DNA from: Basidiobolus meristosporus CBS 931.73
Lineage: Eukaryota; Fungi; Basidiobolomycota
NCBI GenBank assembly: GCA_002104905.1
Contig: MCFE01000572.1
Span: forward strand, 1-56,856
Direction: 5' to 3'
DNA length: 56,856 nucleotides
Position numbers and translations under genes: made by a program. The notes under the pieces are model-generated. The model searched no databases. It was not told the DNA's origin and saw only the letters and a list, made by a program, of their open reading frames with translations. Positions 22,760-32,689 of the stretch are shown in pieces (position 1 is the first letter of the stretch; each line of letters opens with the position of its first letter).

Positions 22760-23536
22760 ATAAAGCAAGGAAAGCACTATTCTGAGCAACATAAGTAAGA
22801 TTGAGTAAAATTACCAGTAACTGTATCATACCACTGGCATCATGGTAGAAATTATAGTGCCAGATGGTGCCGTAGAGTGCCAGATCAATCCGGCACTATA
22901 AACAGGCTGGCACTATGTGGCACTATCCAACGGAACAAGTCTAAAGCTTACAGAACCTCTTGGTTTAGAGTGTATCTCACTATAGTTAGGATTGTGTCTC
23001 AGCAAAAATAAGAACTCAATAATTCTGTACTAGTTTCTACCCAAGCCTAGCATATGTAGCACTCCCAAGGACACCAAGCCTAGCTTGCATAGCTAACCAA
23101 CTCTGTTGCCTTTATAGCCCTGCTCAGCTATATATCAGACCAATAATAGACCAGAACCTTGATTTTAAAATTTCTGTCACTCTTGACAATTGTAAGATTC
23201 TGCACTTAGTTGTCACTTAGGTTCAGTCAACTCATTCAAGAGTTTTATTACACTTTTCTCTTGAATACAACATTTTGCCAAGTAATGTAAAGTTGGGTTG
23301 GGAGCAACAAGCAACCAATTTGTACTAGGAAAGCTCTACCAGAGTATGCCAGGCTTCTCTTGGTCACAAGCTAGTTTTTACACCATGTAATACAGAATTT
23401 GCACAAACAAGAGCCAGAGCACACCTATAACAGGGACTAGAATTCAGCAGGGAGAAGGAATATATTGGCTAAATACTAAAAAGTTCTTTGCAATATACTC
23501 AGGAGGTAAACATGGCAGAAGTGGTAGCAGGCCAAG

Positions 23537-23800
23537 AGTGCCATGGGTATTGAGTATCAGATGCATGTCTTCAGTTGTTCCATGCTCTCACACATCCTGA
23601 ACAATGTTGATCCAAAAGAAAAGGTCAAAAAATGGATCTTCTCCAGCACAATGGGTGAAACACAGGGGCTGCTTTGCATGAAGATGAAGAGTCATTTTCA
23701 GACTCTATAGCCAACTTCAGGTCTGCTATGCCTTTCTGGCATGCAATGGCACTACTTGGCACCCATGGCTCAATGTGGCACCATCCAACAGAGAAGTATA
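23537..23800. mobile_element. Single-arm remnant of the fold-back MITE
   Basis: Matches the right arm of 14627-15360 with a decayed terminus. Confidence 0.8.
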
Positions 23801-25591
23801 TTGATTACTTCATCCTGCCTAAGTATAAATTTTGCATGGGTCCACACAGATCTGAGTGAATTAGGTCTAGTTTTTTCTTAGCATTGATTAGCCCAGCACT
23901 CTTGAATGGTGATCTGGCTTGTTTCCCATATATGCAGGCTTCCCTGTGCTCCAAATTAGCTGAGGGAGAAATTTTTACTCTGGATATTAGCTGATCTTTG
24001 ATCATTTTGCTCAAATAGTCAAAATTGATGTGTCCAAATCTCTTGTGCCAAAGCATTGGTGTTTCTTCATTTAAATTACTTTTATTGGCTTCCAAATATG
24101 ATGGAACATAAGTCAGCTTGTGTATGCTCCAATCTCTGATACCCAAAGCTGAGACCTTCTGCAGTGGCCTTGCTTACAGATAGTAAGCTCTTGGCTATTT
24201 CTGGTACATGGAGAACTTCTTTAAAGGTCACTGTATGGCTTCCTTCACTGCTTCTAAGGTTTACTTCTTCCACTGCATCAAGTGTCCTATTGTCACCTAT
24301 GAACCCTCATGATTGGACTTTCTTGATATTGAGTAAAAAGTACTTTTTGGTGTGTAAGGTGCTGAGATGCTCCAGAGTCAATGTACCATTTCTGAGAATC
24401 CTTGTTTGCGGTCATATTTAGCGCAGATATGAATAGTCTATCTTCAGTTGTTGCAGTATTTTCATATTTGGGCTTCTTTTGCTGATTATCTCTCTTTCTG
24501 AGTCACCAGTCAGATGTGTGTTGTTTCCTTTTGCAGTTGTTGCAAAACAGGTTGCTATTGCCTTTGTAAGGTCTTGGGTACCTCCTTTGTTGGTTTCATG
24601 CCTTAATAAATCATTTTCTTCATTCTTTTTGGTGCTTTATTTGCTTCATTCTTCATCCAGGAGCCTTCCATATACATAATTTTAGGTCAAGTCATCAGTT
24701 CTGGACTCTAGGGCAGATACAAGGTCCTGAAGCCTGTCTGTCAGGCTATTCAGGTTGGTTACTATCACTTCCTCATTAGTAGTTGGTACACCTACAGATT
24801 CCATCTCATCTACCAGCAGGGTAATTCTTTTAATTAGATTTTTCATTTCTCTGCCTGGCTGCTTCTTGGTAGTAAAGAATTTTTGTCTCAGATATATTTT
24901 CTTGGCAGCTGAGCCTGACTGGTAGGTGTCTTCTACTACCTTCCAGGTATTCTTTATTGTTTTTGCTCTTGAGCATTGAATTAGCAACTTGTCTTTAACA
25001 TTAAGGCAAATGCAGTCAAGGCAATTTGTTCTTTCTTCTGGTACTTTAAGACTGCTTCTCTCACATTTTTAGCAGAGCATTCTTCTCCCATGACAACTCC
25101 CAAAGGCCTCTTTCCTGTAGCAGCATCTTCATCTTCACCTTCCACACTTTGTAGTTATATCCATCCAGCTTTTCAGCATAGGGAGATATTCTAGTAATAG
25201 AAGTGGTAGACACTGCAGAGAGTGACAGCTCAGGGCTCATAACCTGTTGTAAGAGTCTTGGAGATATTGGAAGTGATTGGCAGGACAAGTAGATCATGTG
25301 GTTTCACTTAATAGTTTATTGAATGTAAGAGAAAAATAAATACTTTTACATGAGCTTAGCATAACAAACACATAGAATGGGTACAAGAAGGTCCCAACAG
25401 CATGTGTGCAAAGTTTGGGGCTGTTTAGACAACTTTGAATGTTTTCATGTTCTGGGTACCTGGTATTTTTGTGATGGTATTCTAAGTCAATCCCAGCTAG
25501 GAATCTGGTCAGTATTCTGTAGGATTTGAAGGTACTTATCTAAGTGACAAAGTTATGTAAAATATAGGTGGAATTACATACTTCTACAACA
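23800..25591 (-). mobile_element. gag-pol: Copia family-1 5' portion (LTR 25245-25591, PBS, gag, protease, GAG_pre-integrase), decayed
   Basis: LTR TG...CA, PBS ggttatgagccc, EKLDGYNYKVWKVKMKMLL, WHKRFGH, HSDLCGP. Confidence 0.88.
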
Positions 25592-25599
25592 CAACTAGC

Positions 25600-28019
25600 C
25601 TAGCTAGCCTTACTTAGCTGATTACCTATGCATTGGGGCTGCATAGCTTCTTAATGGCAAAAACAAATAGGTCTATGCATGCACATCTGTCCTTGGCAAC
25701 TTTCAACTTTGCCAGGCTGTCCTTCACATGCCAGCTCATTAGACTTGTTCTGTTAGATAGTGCGACATTGAGCCAGGAATACCCAGTGAACACATAGTGT
25801 ACAAGGGAGCCTAAGTGAGCCTACACTTGGCCACAGAGTGTGAAACATAACTCTTCATCTGCATGCAAAGCAGCCCCTGTGCTTCACCCATTGTGTGGGA
25901 GAAAATCCATTTTTTGCCCTTTTTTTATTTGATCAATGTTGTACTGGATGTGTAAGAGCACAGAAGGACTGAAGACATGTATCTGGTACTCAATACTCAT
26001 GGCACTATGAGTCTAGCTCCTGTGGCTTGTACCATGTCACAAGAATGCATGGAACTATCTTGGTCCACTGGTAATATCAGGTACTGTATATAAATATTAG
26101 CCCTAAAGTAAACCTATACAAAGCACTTATAGTACCAGATAGTACCAGTGGACCAAGATAGTGCCATGCATTTTTGTGAGATGATACAAGCCACAGGAGC
26201 TAGACTCAGAGTGCCATGATTATTAAGTACCAGATACATGTCTTCAGTCCTTTTGTGTTCTTACACTTCCTGCTCAACATCATTCTAAAAAATGGTCAAG
26301 AAATGGATTTTCTCCAACACAATGGGTGAAGCACAGGGGCTGCTTTGCATGAAGATGAAGCGCTATGTTTCACACTCTGTGACTAAGTTTTGATCTGCTA
26401 TGCCTCTCTGGCACACAATGGCACTATTTGGCACTCATGACGCAATGTGGCACTATCCAATAGAACAAGTCTATTGCATCCATGATGGACTTGAAGGCGT
26501 TATTCTTGATGAGATTGGGATATGATAGTACTTGGAAATTGACTTCTCTTCCTATTTCCCCACATATCAGTGCTATGAGAAGCTTCCAAAAGTGGAAGCA
26601 CTGCCCAGTTGTCACTACAAACAAAACAAGATGGATAAGAGAACAGATACTTGAGTAGCATGGATATAACTGTTTAGCTTTGCACTTGAAATACAGATGC
26701 TCAAATTCTGTCACAAACTCTGCCCATAGAAGCTTTAGAAGCATCAAATTGGCATTGGTGATCCACTTCTGGAGAGGTAGCTCTACAATGTCCATATGTC
26801 TCCCAATGCCCCTATTGTACAGTTGGTAAATGCTTCAGCAAGCCACATAAGTTAGTACATATCCAGCTCATTCAGTCCTTGCAATTGTATAGTTGCATAT
26901 GAATATGACAATTATTTAGAGCTTGTGAGATGTTCCTTTAGTAGTATATACCTGGTAATATCATGCCAATTCTTTCATATTTCTGTGGTATCTGAAAGAG
27001 CTCATTTAGCTTAGAATGCTCCGTGTAAAACTTTGTCATTAATGTAAGGATATTGTTGAGGAGCAAATCCATTGCTCTTAATGGATAGGATTTACAGGTT
27101 GTCTATTTGTATGATGCACATGGTTACTTGCATCTGGATTGCTCTTGGGAAGCAGTATCACATGATCACTAGGCCCCCATTACTGATATTGATGGAAACA
27201 CTCCACTTCCCTAGCAACAACATCACACTCTAAGCCAATAAATAAATTACTGGGCTCACTTGGCTCCATACAGTACTCTCAGCATTTTTTTAACAGGTGT
27301 TGTCTCATTACATGTTGAGATTTTGCTGGCCTCATGCAGAGTACTGATGTCAGGGGATATACTTCCACAATCCATATGTATGTTTTCTTTTTCAGAGCTA
27401 CCACCATGCATGCCATATTTAGACAGCAGAGGTAGGCCAGTAAGCATCAGAAACTCATCTAATTTGCCTAAGGTGACAAGTGCAGGTAGGTGTTGTTAGA
27501 TATGTTTAGTGGCTGGCAAGATATTAATAATTCAGTTACTACTGCTACAAGCTGAAATATGACTTGTGTGGGAAAGCACTGGCCATAATCCTTGTCCTAC
27601 TTCCCATTCTGTATGTATACTTCATGGCTGAACAGCTTGTTACAGGAGCAACATGATTTTTTCCTGTCTTTTATTGTTTTGAGTCAAAGAAATCTTGCCC
27701 ATGGGGCAGCCAGATCAACACATAGCTATTCAACACTATCTTGTGACATCTTGACAATACTCACGTGAGCCTAAAACAATCATGCATTTGAGAACATGCA
27801 CTTATATGAGCATGAGACTCAATGATAACCTACTATAGTAAGCATTAAAATAAAGCTGTGACATCATACACTCACATGTATGTGAACTTATTTCACCAGT
27901 GATTTGACTCACATCCAGCCATATGCTGCGAAAAAAAACAAAGTTGTTGGGCACTCACCCTGAATTCAACACCAAAATCAGGCAAAGAACAGCTGGATAA
28001 CTGCTTGCTTTGAGTACAG
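25600..28019 (-). mobile_element. CCCTA-family copy B fragment: Tnp2 (minus), intergenic region, start of ORF-X (plus)
   Basis: Tnp2 remnants homologous to copies A and D; 27640-27850 is the reverse complement of 12070-12245; 27840-28019 resembles 51480-51650. Confidence 0.7.
25741..26472. mobile_element. Fold-back MITE, 732 bp
   Basis: AGACTTGTTC...GAACAAGTCT, inverted arms, same central spacer as 14627 copy, TSD ATT. Confidence 0.93.
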
Positions 28020-28395
28020 TGTTACAAGTCTTGGTATAAGAGTTGTAGAGAGTAGGGAGTTTAGCTAGTAATGTATTCACTAAAACTTGAACTGATTTTT
28101 ATTGAGGCTCCAGCAGCTCCTTATATACATTTTGCCAGATCAATTGCTGACTAATTGTATTTCCTAATGTAGGTTTTGGCTGATGACTCATTTGATTGCA
28201 TCATCATCACCCAATAAGATCCTACTGAATATATCTATTTCTGTCTGATAGGATCTGCTGATTCATTTGCTGACTAATGCTACTGATTTCATAGATAATA
28301 CTGATATACTGATAACCTAAACATATACTAATTGATTTGACTAAAAACTGATCTAACTTAAACATTCAAGCAGCAGATCATAACATTCTCCCCTA

Positions 28396-30717
28396 CTAAA
28401 GTTGAGAGGGTTCTCCTGAATCTCTTTTCTTGTGATACCAATATCTTGATGGTTCAGTATTATCGGCAAGTCTTGCAAGCTTGAGTCTGTCCCTATGCAC
28501 TAAGTCTTCCCGGATATTGCCTTGTTTGTCCACCAGTTGGTAAGTTGCAAATGGACATTCTCTGATGATCCTGAATGGTCCTGTCAATTGTGGCTCAAAC
28601 TTCTTCCAAGTGTTGTTTCTTGGCAATACAAAGCTCCCAACTGTCAATGCTTCTGGTGCTATAGTCTTATCAAATCTCTGCTTCATCTTTTCTGCACTTT
28701 GAGATACTTTGGTCTGTGCCTCTTGACGTCTTTGTTCCAGTTGCTGGTGTCTACTTGGCAGACTGAGTTCATCTTCTAAGGTGTCTGTAAGCTTTGGTTG
28801 TGTGAGATCTCCTGAAATCCTAGGTTCACATCCATACACTAAGTAAAATGGTGATTGCTGGGTGGTGTTGTGTACTCTGACTCTGCATGCAAAGAGTGCT
28901 TGGTCTATATACTCATCCCATCTACTGACAACTCCATTTGCATACTTGGTGAGCATTTTTCCAAATAATCCATTAAACCGCTCAGTAACTCCATTAGTTC
29001 TGGGGTGATATGCCAAGGTTTTCAAGTGTCTGATCTGCTGCATTTCCAGGTAAGCCTCTAATGTCTTTGCCATAAAGTTTGCTCCTCTATCAGATAAGAT
29101 CTCCACAGGGCATCCAAACTTCATCAGGATCTCATGGTAAATGAAACTTGCAACTTCTTGTTCACTGGCTATTGGTACAGCTTTAGCAACTGGCCATTTA
29201 GTGGCATGGTCAATTGCTACTAGGATCCAACGGTTGCATTTCCTGGTAGTTGGCAGTCTTCCAATAAAGTCAATTCCCCATCTCTCAAATGGTCTTACAG
29301 GCTCCAAAGGGAAGAGTTCAGCAATTCTTTGTGGCTGGCCTTGATTGATTTGGCAGTTTGGGCATGTTTTCACTAGCTTCTCAATATCTTGTTTCATTCT
29401 GGGCCACCATGCTCTGGCTTTCACAAGGCTATAGGTTCCTTCAATCCCAAGATGTCCATATCCATTGTGTAGCTTATGTATTAAATCCAGGCAAGAAACA
29501 TAAGGGCAATAGGCAATAGGGCTTCCATCAACAGTTTGGTAGAGTGTTTCATCCTGTACTACAAATTTGCTGGCTTCATCACGGATTATCTTCTTGATAT
29601 CTTCATCCACCTCATTAGGAATGGCTTGGTCCTCCAAGTACCTTGGTAATAGGCTAGGCCAATCTGATTCATGCACCAAGTTGAGTTGTGCAACTTGATC
29701 TAATCTTGATAAGGCATCAGCAACTGTGTTGTTTTTTCCAGGACAGTACACAATCTCCAGGTCAAATTGCTGAATGTATTCACTCCATCTTGTCATTCTT
29801 CTAGAGAGTACCTTCTGAGTAAATATATACATGAGGGAGGCATGATCAGTCTTCACAGTGCATTTGACTCCTTCAATATAGCATCTCAATGTCTTCAAAC
29901 AGTGTATTATAGCAAGCATCTCCTTCTCATGCACAGGATAGTTTTGTTCTGCTGAGTTCAGTTTCTTGGATTCAAAGGCAACAGGGTAGTCCTTTCCCTT
30001 GTGTTCTTGGCTCAGCACTCCACCAATTGCATAATCTGAAGCATCTGTGCACAGAGTGAACTCTTTTCTGAAGTCTGGTATTCTTAAGCTTGGCAGCTTA
30101 GCAAGTTCATTCTTGAGCGTCTGGAAGGCAGTCTCACAAGCTATGTCCCACTTGTAGGTATTGTCTTTCTTGAGGATATCAGTTAAAGGGGCTGCAATAC
30201 TTGCAAAAGACTTGACAAATCTCCAATAATAGGAAACCATTCCAAGGAATGATCTGAGTTCTGATATGCTATGGGGCTGCTTCAAATTCTTGATAACTTC
30301 AACCTTCTTGGTGTCTAAGGTCACTCCTGTGCTAGTCACTATGTGTCCCAGGTATATAACGTGTTCCTTGAAGAATTCACACTTGGCTAGCTTGCCATAT
30401 AGCTTGTTCTCTCTTAGTTTCTTCAAGACCTTTTCAATGTGCACCATGTGATCCTTTTCTGTCTTGCTGTATATCAATATGTCATCAAGGTAGATTATCA
30501 CAAACTTGTCTAAGTACTCCTGAAAGACAGTCTGCATCAGCGTCATGAATGTTGCAAGGGCATTAGTGAGGCCAAAACTCATGACTAAGTACTCGTAATG
30601 TCCATATCTGGTCCTGAATGCTGTCTTAGGGATATCTTCTGGTTTCACCCTAATCTGGTGGTATCCTGACATGAGGTCAATCTTGCTGAAAATAGTGGCT
30701 CCATTCAGTTGGTCCAA
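28396..30717 (-). CDS. pol: Gypsy family-1 pol (RT-RNase H-integrase) lacking the RT N-terminus
   Basis: FSKIDLMSGYHQ, YLDDILIYS, CTDASD, HNGYGH...CPNC, WGIDFIG, SDRG, NGVTER; no chromodomain evident. Confidence 0.93.
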   Translation of the reverse strand: MDQLNGATIFSKIDLMSGYHQIRVKPEDIPKTAFRTRYGHYEYLVMSFGLTNALATFMTLMQTVFQEYLDKFVIIYLDDILIYSKTEKDHMVHIEKVLKKLRENKLYGKLAKCEFFKEHVIYLGHIVTSTGVTLDTKKVEVIKNLKQPHSISELRSFLGMVSYYWRFVKSFASIAAPLTDILKKDNTYKWDIACETAFQTLKNELAKLPSLRIPDFRKEFTLCTDASDYAIGGVLSQEHKGKDYPVAFESKKLNSAEQNYPVHEKEMLAIIHCLKTLRCYIEGVKCTVKTDHASLMYIFTQKVLSRRMTRWSEYIQQFDLEIVYCPGKNNTVADALSRLDQVAQLNLVHESDWPSLLPRYLEDQAIPNEVDEDIKKIIRDEASKFVVQDETLYQTVDGSPIAYCPYVSCLDLIHKLHNGYGHLGIEGTYSLVKARAWWPRMKQDIEKLVKTCPNCQINQGQPQRIAELFPLEPVRPFERWGIDFIGRLPTTRKCNRWILVAIDHATKWPVAKAVPIASEQEVASFIYHEILMKFGCPVEILSDRGANFMAKTLEAYLEMQQIRHLKTLAYHPRTNGVTERFNGLFGKMLTKYANGVVSRWDEYIDQALFACRVRVHNTTQQSPFYLVYGCEPRISGDLTQPKLTDTLEDELSLPSRHQQLEQRRQEAQTKVSQSAEKMKQRFDKTIAPEALTVGSFVLPRNNTWKKFEPQLTGPFRIIRECPFATYQLVDKQGNIREDLVHRDRLKLARLADNTEPSRYWYHKKRDSGEPSQL

Positions 30718-30902
30718 AAGCTCATCAATCCAAGTTATGGGGTCTGGACCTGCTGGGGTGCTGGGGTAGAGGAATCCTCCTGTAAAACCGCCATGAGGAA
30801 CATCTGAGTACCTTTTCTAAGCGCTCTACAGAACTGGGTCTTGCTAAGTTCACTTGTCTCACACATACTGGAATTGACCAAGTTAAAATCCAGTCTGGCA
30901 GG

Positions 30903-32225
30903 TCATAGCTCATAGATCTTGTGGTCTTTTTGGATCTGAGTAGCATGGGTTCTCCAGTTGATTGATGGATTACGACAAAATAGCCAGGTTTTTCCAAGTA
31001 CAAGGTCAAACTTGCAGTTCCCAAATATATAAGCCGGTAGGTCTTCTTCATAGTCATTGATTTTCATTCTTACTGGCTGAGTAATACGGTTGATTATGTG
31101 AGAGTTCCCATCAGCTGTTGAGACTGAAGCTGATTTGGTAGGTTCTGAGTTGATCCCAGCTTTCAGAGCAAATTGCTCTGACATATATTCATGCGATGCT
31201 CCTGAGTCAATCATAATCTTGGCAGGTACTCCATTGATTACTCCATTCAAGTATAATAGCTTTCCTGAGTTTGAGGTCATGTGGGATAGGTATTCTTCTG
31301 TGATGTAGAAGGTGAGTTCTGAGTCTTCTTCAAGTTCATCCTTCATGTTACTATGCTCCATGGCCTCAATACGGTTGAAGGCTCTTGATGGCTGGTGTCC
31401 ATTTCTTCTCTGAGGGCAGTACCTTGCAATATGTCCTTGCTGGTGGCAATTGAAGCAAAGTCCTTTCTTCTTACATTCTTCCACAGCAGGATTCTTCTGC
31501 ATAGCGTCTATTTCCATTGGTACTGCTTCTGACTGTCTTCTTTCATAATGATTGTAACCTTTCTGATTAGTCACTGTAGGCTTCCCAACTCCAAACATAG
31601 CTGAGTCATAGTCAATGGCAATCTTGATGGCTTCTTCAATAGTATGAGGTCTTTGATAATTCACTTCCTTGCGAGTTCTTTCTTTTAACCCATCAATAAA
31701 GTATTCAACTTGATCCAGGGGGTCCATTCTTTCAATTTGTCCAAGTAGACATCTGTACTCATAGATGTATTCTTGAACCATTCCTTTCTGTCTGAGTGTC
31801 TTTAACTTCCTTCTTAGTAGTGTCTGTTGGTGTGGAGGTTCAAAAGCATCCTGAATTTCCGACACAAACTCATCCCAGGTAGAGATTGTAGAGCATCCCA
31901 TCATAGTGGCTGACCTCATCTTGTTGTGGTACCACTGTAAAGCTGCATCTGCCAGGTAAGAAGCTGCATAATGCAACTTGCTTTCTGGAGCAATTCCTTT
32001 AGCGTTAAAAGCTTCTTCAATCTGGAAGAGCCAAGTTCCCAGGTTTTCATTGACTCTGCCATGGTACCGGTTGACCTTCACACTAAAGTTGCTCTTAACG
32101 GGGCTTTGCTGGTTCTGAGCCATGGTAGTCATTCCTTGTTGTTGTTGGCTGAGGATCTGGAGTAACTGTTGCTGTTGGGCCAGGATTTGCTCCATGGCAT
32201 TCTTCCATTCTTGATTGCCCGACAT
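30903..32225 (-). CDS. gag: Gypsy family-1 gag-protease
   Basis: Retrotrans_gag-like core, CFNCHQQGHIARYC knuckle, IMIDSGASH protease. Confidence 0.92.
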   Translation of the reverse strand: MSGNQEWKNAMEQILAQQQQLLQILSQQQQGMTTMAQNQQSPVKSNFSVKVNRYHGRVNENLGTWLFQIEEAFNAKGIAPESKLHYAASYLADAALQWYHNKMRSATMMGCSTISTWDEFVSEIQDAFEPPHQQTLLRRKLKTLRQKGMVQEYIYEYRCLLGQIERMDPLDQVEYFIDGLKERTRKEVNYQRPHTIEEAIKIAIDYDSAMFGVGKPTVTNQKGYNHYERRQSEAVPMEIDAMQKNPAVEECKKKGLCFNCHQQGHIARYCPQRRNGHQPSRAFNRIEAMEHSNMKDELEEDSELTFYITEEYLSHMTSNSGKLLYLNGVINGVPAKIMIDSGASHEYMSEQFALKAGINSEPTKSASVSTADGNSHIINRITQPVRMKINDYEEDLPAYIFGNCKFDLVLGKTWLFCRNPSINWRTHATQIQKDHKIYEL

Positions 32226-32689
32226 CTTGAGGGTGGCTTCTTGTTTCTTCAGGAGGGAGGTTTCTGGTTATTGCTGCTACCAATGTTACAAGTCTTGGTA
32301 TAAGAGTTGTAGAGAGTAGGGAGTTTAGCTAGTATTGTATTCACTAAAACTTGAACAGATTTTTATTGAGGCTCCAGCAGCTCCTTATATACATTTTGCC
32401 AGATCAATTGCTAACTAATTGTATTTCCTAATGTAGGTTGTGGCTGATGACTCATTTGATTGCATCATCATCACCCAATAAGATCCTACTTAATATATCC
32501 ATTTCTGTCTGATAAGGATCTGCTGATTCATTTGCTGACTAATGCTACTGATTTCATAGATAATACTGATATACTGATAACCTAAACATATACTAATTGA
32601 TTTGACTAAAAACTGATCTAACTTAAACATTCAAGTGGCAGATCATAACAACAGAAATTAGATAGTTAGCTAGAAGCAGGATGAACAGA

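Larger units (their letters stand above)
16642..22942 (-). mobile_element. PHIS (PIF/Harbinger/ISL2EU-like) transposon copy 2, internally deleted, host of copy 1
   Basis: Ends ACACTTGTTCC / GGAACAAGTCT, flanked by AAA on both sides; removing copy 1 and one ATT restores the sequence seen at ~20050-20080 of copy 1. Confidence 0.9.
16273..23272. repeat. Putative ~700-bp solo LTR (16273-16641 plus 22943-23272) split by the PHIS element
   Basis: TGTTG start and CAACA end bracket the insert that splits the copy-A transposase; no TSD, no second copy. Confidence 0.4.
9598..23536 (+). mobile_element. CACTA/CMC-type DNA transposon copy A (CCCTA terminus), heavily nested
   Basis: Begins CCCTATGAAAAATTATT at the break of a copia; accessory ORF (minus) and Tnp2-like gene (plus) which breaks at ~16270 and resumes at ~23280 by comparison with copy D. 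Confidence 0.75.
28020..32650 (-). mobile_element. Ty3/gypsy family 1, LTR-to-LTR, internally deleted
   Basis: LTRs 28020-28385 and 32284-32650 (about 9 differences); 4-bp TSD ACAG; PBS TGGTAGCAG (tRNA-iMet-like); PPT agtaggggagaa. Confidence 0.95.

Noticed and set aside
16642-22942. Inverted segmental duplication or assembly artefact
   Set aside because: TSDs on both elements, exact reconstruction of the interrupted site and independent divergence show a true nested insertion.
28396-28600. Chromodomain at gypsy integrase C-termini
   Set aside because: Neither gypsy pol has a recognisable chromodomain after the integrase.
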